This document shows positions 9,601-13,234 of a stretch of DNA of 13,234 bases, piece after piece. Positions within the stretch are counted from its first letter, which is position 1. Each line of letters begins with the position of its first letter. Location: IMG/VR virus record IMGVR_UViG_2850778813_000008; one strand, 5' to 3'. The translations under genes were made by a program, and so were the position numbers. The notes beneath the pieces are model-generated. The model did no database searches. It saw only the letters and a list, made by a program, of their open reading frames with translations, and was not told the origin of the DNA. Origin of the DNA: a virus. Its lineage: Duplodnaviria > Heunggongvirae > Uroviricota > Caudoviricetes.

Positions 9601-10843
9601 GGGCGTATGCGAACGCTTTCGCCAGTTCTGAGTGTCGCGACAGGGTTTTCATCTTTTCACGCAGCCAGCTTTCCAGGGATTTCAGCAGCGGTTTCGTTTT
9701 CAACTGACGTTCGGCAAGGCGCTGCTCCGCCGTCATTCCCCTTATCTCTGCCTCGATGGCGTACAGTTCGCCGATCCGTTTCAGCGCTTCCTCCGTCAGG
9801 GCTGACGGGGTGCGAACGTGCACATCGTGGATTTTACGGCGGGCGTGAGCCCAACAGGCGGCTTCCGTTATCCGGCCATCCCGGTACAGCTCGTTGAACC
9901 CGGCGTATGCATCCGCCTGCAGTACACCACTGAACCCCGCAAGATGGGTCTGCGGATGGATGCCTTTTCTGTCCGGGCTGTAAGCGAACCACACCGCCGG
10001 CGCCAGCGTTGACCCGGCGTTACGGTCGTCACGAACGTAGGTCCATAACCGCCCGGTCTTCGTTTTCTTATTGCCTGGCAACAGCACCGGGACAGGCGTG
10101 TCATCAGCATGGAGCTTACCGTCAGTCAGCACATAGTCCTGAAGCGCTTCTTCCAGCGGTGACAGTAGCCGGCAGCATGCATCCACCCAGCCCGACAGCA
10201 GTGAACGACTCAGCTCCACGCCCTGGCGGCCGTACATTTCAGACTGGCGGTACAGCGGGGTGTGCTCTGCATACTTTGAGATCAGCACGCGGGCCAGCAG
10301 CCCCGGTCCTGCGATACCCCGCTCGATGGGCCGTGAAGGCGTGGGGGCCTGCACGATGGCATCGCACTGAGTACAGGCATGCTTTTCACGTACAGTCCGG
10401 ATAACCCGGAAGACGCTGCGCATCAACTCCAGCTGTTCGGCGGCATCCTCACCCAGATAGCTCAGTGAGCCTCCACATTCCGGGCAGCATGACGCTGCCG
10501 GCAGCAGCCGTTTTTCATCGCGGGGGAGTGATTCGGGGAACGGTTTGCGGGTGCGGGTTTGACGCAGCGGGCGCTGCACGGCCGGGTCGTCAACCCGACC
10601 GGTAAGGGTATCACTTTCTTTCTGAAGTGCCTTCAGGTCAGCTTCCATCTGTGCGATACGACGGGAGACTTTTTCGGAGCGGCTGCCGAAGTTCATCCGG
10701 CGCAGCTTATCCAGCTGTGCCTGCAGATGGTCTATTTCGCGTTCACGCTCGTTCAGCTTTTCCAGCAGGGCACGGTTCAGCGCCTCCTGTTCGGCAAGGA
10801 GACGTTTCAGTGCATTGATATCGTCAGGAAGTGAGCTGCTCAT
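9601..10843 (-). pseudogene. IS66-family transposase TnpC, C-terminally truncated by IS911
   Basis: 414 native codons with CxxC...CxxC zinc-finger-like region (CCPECG...CTQCD) and DDE-type core; last native residues ...[11 protein letters not shown], then the frame runs into IS911 (track ORF 9527..10843). Confidence 0.75.
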
Positions 10844-10891
10844 ACCGGGTATATTACCAGGCTCATTCAGCGTCGACCAGGATAAAGAGGC

Positions 10892-11239
10892 TTACAACAT
10901 AGTCAGGGACGTAAGCAGTCTTTTAGGCTGCCGCCAGTCGATACCTTCAAGGAGCATCGCCAGCTGTGCCGGTGTGAGGAACACTTTGCCATCCCGGGCT
11001 GACGGCCAGGCGAAGCGGCCGCGCTCCAGCCGTTTGGTCAGCAGACACAGTCCATCGCCGGTAGACCAGAGGAGCTTTACCTGACTGCCATTACGCCCAC
11101 GGAAGATAAAAACGTGACCTGACATCGGATCGTCTTTCAGCGTCGTCTGCACCTTTGCCGCCAGGCCGTTGAAGCCATTTCTCATATCGGTGATACCGGC
11201 AACCAGCCAAATTTTGGTCCCGGAAGGTAACGGGATCAT
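10892..11239 (-). CDS. IS66-family TnpB (Orf2)
   Basis: 115-aa [29 protein letters not shown]... typical of IS66 orf2; start overlaps tnpA stop. Confidence 0.75.
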   Translation of the reverse strand: MIPLPSGTKIWLVAGITDMRNGFNGLAAKVQTTLKDDPMSGHVFIFRGRNGSQVKLLWSTGDGLCLLTKRLERGRFAWPSARDGKVFLTPAQLAMLLEGIDWRQPKRLLTSLTML

Positions 11240-11637
11240 CGCTTCAGTTCCTGTATCAGCAGAGTCAGGAGCTTTTCGCTGACATTGCCATTGAAGCGGA
11301 GCGTCCCGTGCCGGAACGTTACCTCACAGCTGATACTGAGGGTTTCCGGATCCTCTGCGAGCGATTCTGGCTGTTCGGCAGCTGCATCGAGAGTCACAGG
11401 AAGTAGCTGGGGGCTCTCTGAAGAAGGTAATAGCAGCTTTCCCTCGCGCCATTGTTGTCGCCATTTGAACAACAGATTGGCGTTAATGCCATTTTCAAGA
11501 GCAAGTTTTGAGATGGATATCCCGGGTTCACAGGAGGCAGCAACGAGCTGCTGTTTAAATTCGGGAGGATAATTAGGGCAGCCTTTTCGCCTGCCGGGAT
11601 TCACATTTTTCTGCATATCTGACACTTTGGTTCCCAC
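11236..11637 (-). CDS. IS66-family TnpA (Orf1)
   Basis: 133-aa ORF immediately upstream of and overlapping tnpB, HTH-like N-terminus. Confidence 0.7.
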   Translation of the reverse strand: MGTKVSDMQKNVNPGRRKGCPNYPPEFKQQLVAASCEPGISISKLALENGINANLLFKWRQQWREGKLLLPSSESPQLLPVTLDAAAEQPESLAEDPETLSISCEVTFRHGTLRFNGNVSEKLLTLLIQELKR

Positions 11638-11708
11638 TACTTATTTGGTGGACACCACTTTGTCTAATTCGTCAGATTCTGACCAGACGGTTCAGGCTGT
11701 ACGCTTAC

Positions 11709-12091
11709 AGTTGATGCAGTCGTTGTACGACTGGATACAGTTGCAGAGGAAAACGCTGTCGAAACATGCGGAGATGGCGAAGGCGTTCGACTATATCCTG
11801 AATCACTGGAATGCGCTGAACGAGTTCTGTCGTGACGGCTGGGTGGAAATAGACAACAACATCGGTGAAAACGCGTTACGATCGGTGGCGGTTGGAAGAA
11901 AAAATTATCTTTTTTTCGGCTCAGACAAGGGAGGAGAAAGTGCGGCGATCATCTACAGTCTGCTGGTCACCTGCAAACAGAACGAAGTGGAGCCGGAGGA
12001 CTGGTTGCGCGAAGTGATCGAGAAGCTCAATGACTGGCCGTCGAACCAAGTGCATGAACTGCTGCCCTGGAACTTCTCGTCTGTAAAATAA
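11709..12091 (+). pseudogene. IS66-family TnpC C-terminal fragment
   Basis: See element 11709-12123; track ORF 11627..12091 includes non-homologous upstream codons. Confidence 0.55.
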
Positions 12092-12123
12092 TCCTTACGC
12101 TACGTACTTCTCGGGGCGCTTAC
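11709..12123 (+). mobile_element. Second, diverged IS66-family remnant: 3' end of a tnpC plus right terminal repeat
   Basis: Plus-strand ORF tail ...[58 protein letters not shown]...ELLPWN resembles an IS66 TnpC C-terminus and is diverged from the neighbouring element; ends ...CTCGGGGCGCTTAC (reverse complement GTAAGCGCCCCGAG) at 12123. Left boundary approximate. Confidence 0.55.
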
Positions 12124-12304
12124 GATTTATCGCCGTCAGCGGGAGCTGAAGGAAGAGCTGAATAGTCTGAAGGATTTGAATTCGGTTAGGAATTTTATCG
12201 TGGAATAACAGAAGCTGCGGCACGTCGTATGCAGGAACGTGCCGCGGTTGGCTGGTAAACTTTCGATAGTGCGAGTATTGAATGATTTCTAGGCGTTATC
12301 GATT

Positions 12305-13234
12305 TGAACCGCCCCGGGTTTCCTGGAGAGTGTTTTATCTGTGAACTCAGGCTGCCAGATCATCGTTTCCGATGGAAGCATAATAAGCTTTTTCTGCTTC
12401 TGCCGGAGGAGTATGGCCCAGCCTTTCCAGCAATCGTCGATTGTTATACCAGTCCACCCACGTGAGTGTGGCCAGTTCCACTTCTGCACGGTTTTTCCAG
12501 CTCTTACGGTGTATTACCTCCGCTTTGTAAAGACCATTGATGCTCTCCGCCATCGCGTTGTCATACGAGTCGCCTGTACTTCCTGTTGATGCCAGTAATC
12601 CGGCTTCCTTAAGCCGCTGTGTGTAGGCCAGCGATACATACTGAGAACCTTTATCACTGTGATGGACCGTGCCGGACGGTCGACGGGCCCATAACGCCTG
12701 CTCCAGAGCATCCAGCACGAATGTCGTTTCCATGGACGATGAGACCCGCCACCCCACGATGTATCCGGCAAACACATCAATGATGAACGCCACATAGACG
12801 AAGCCCTGCCATGTGCTGACGTAAGTAAAATCAGCCACCCACAGCTGGTCAGGTCGTTCTGCCACGAACTGACGGTTTACGCGGTCGCCTGCGGCAACGG
12901 CTTTCCGGCTGATGGTCGTACGGACCTTTTTACCCCGGAGAACACCGGCAAGTCCCATAACCGCCATGAGACGTGCCACAGTGCATCTGGCCACTCTGAT
13001 GCCTTCCCGTAACAACTGACGCCAGACTTTACGCACACCGTATACCTTGTGATTTTCATCGTATACGCGCTGTATCTCTTTCTTCAGCCAGTCATCGCGC
13101 TGCGCACGGGCACTGCGTTTATCCGGATGATGTCGCTGTTGCTGACAGTGGTAATACGTTGACGGGGCAATATGCAGTTCGCTGCATAGCGGTCCGACCC
13201 CGTACTGCTCACGCAGCTTATCCAGCAGTGGCAT
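12305..13234 (-). mobile_element. IS629-like element, inverted, running off the window end
   Basis: Right end TGAACCGCCCCGGGTTTCCTGGAGAGTG... at 12305; orfB on minus strand to 13234. Protein differs from copy 1 at several positions (REQ vs RKL, PLC vs PVC, IQRVYDENHK vs [10 protein letters not shown]). Confidence 0.85.
12347..13234 (-). CDS. IS629 OrfB (DDE transposase domain), copy 2
   Basis: 295-aa ORF, ATG at the last three bases of the window (minus strand); orfA lies beyond the window. Confidence 0.8.
   Translation of the reverse strand: MPLLDKLREQYGVGPLCSELHIAPSTYYHCQQQRHHPDKRSARAQRDDWLKKEIQRVYDENHKVYGVRKVWRQLLREGIRVARCTVARLMAVMGLAGVLRGKKVRTTISRKAVAAGDRVNRQFVAERPDQLWVADFTYVSTWQGFVYVAFIIDVFAGYIVGWRVSSSMETTFVLDALEQALWARRPSGTVHHSDKGSQYVSLAYTQRLKEAGLLASTGSTGDSYDNAMAESINGLYKAEVIHRKSWKNRAEVELATLTWVDWYNNRRLLERLGHTPPAEAEKAYYASIGNDDLAA

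Larger units (their letters stand above)
9601..11708 (-). mobile_element. IS66-family element (tnpA-tnpB-tnpC), inverted; 3' end of tnpC and right IR removed at the IS911 junction
   Basis: Three minus-strand ORFs in IS66 order (133 aa, 115 aa overlapping by ATGA, then large transposase); putative terminal GTAAGCG (reverse complement at 11702-11708) ~70 bp upstream of tnpA. Left boundary approximate (+/-20 bp). Confidence 0.7.

Overview
This window looks like a decayed lambdoid (Qin/DLP12-like) prophage segment heavily colonised by insertion sequences; I did not find a convincing new multi-gene system. All identifications are from reading the sequence and recalling family signatures, not from database searches. 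About 60% of the window is IS-derived: IS600 (one 5' fragment, one complete copy with a 3-bp target duplication), IS629 (one complete copy, one inverted copy running off the window end), IS911 (one truncated inverted copy, one complete copy) and an IS66-family element plus a second IS66-family remnant. This IS repertoire is typical of Shigella/EIEC-type genomes (inference). The non-IS DNA carries a 5'-truncated tyrosine integrase (1-846, minus strand) and a plus-strand prophage block: a QueH-like (DUF208) gene, a hok-type type I toxin locus with a recognisable 5'/3' fold-back complementarity and terminator, two small coupled ORFs, a ybcO-like remnant, a Q-antiterminator-like gene, a tR'-like terminator and a tightly packed tRNA cluster (CAU, UCU, UGU, and a UCC tRNA cut at nt 61 by IS911). 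The most interesting points are the structural scars: IS600 inserted 12 bp upstream of the Q-like start, the IS600/IS629/IS911 mosaic junctions, the IS911-truncated tRNA, and inverted IS pairs bracketing the prophage block.
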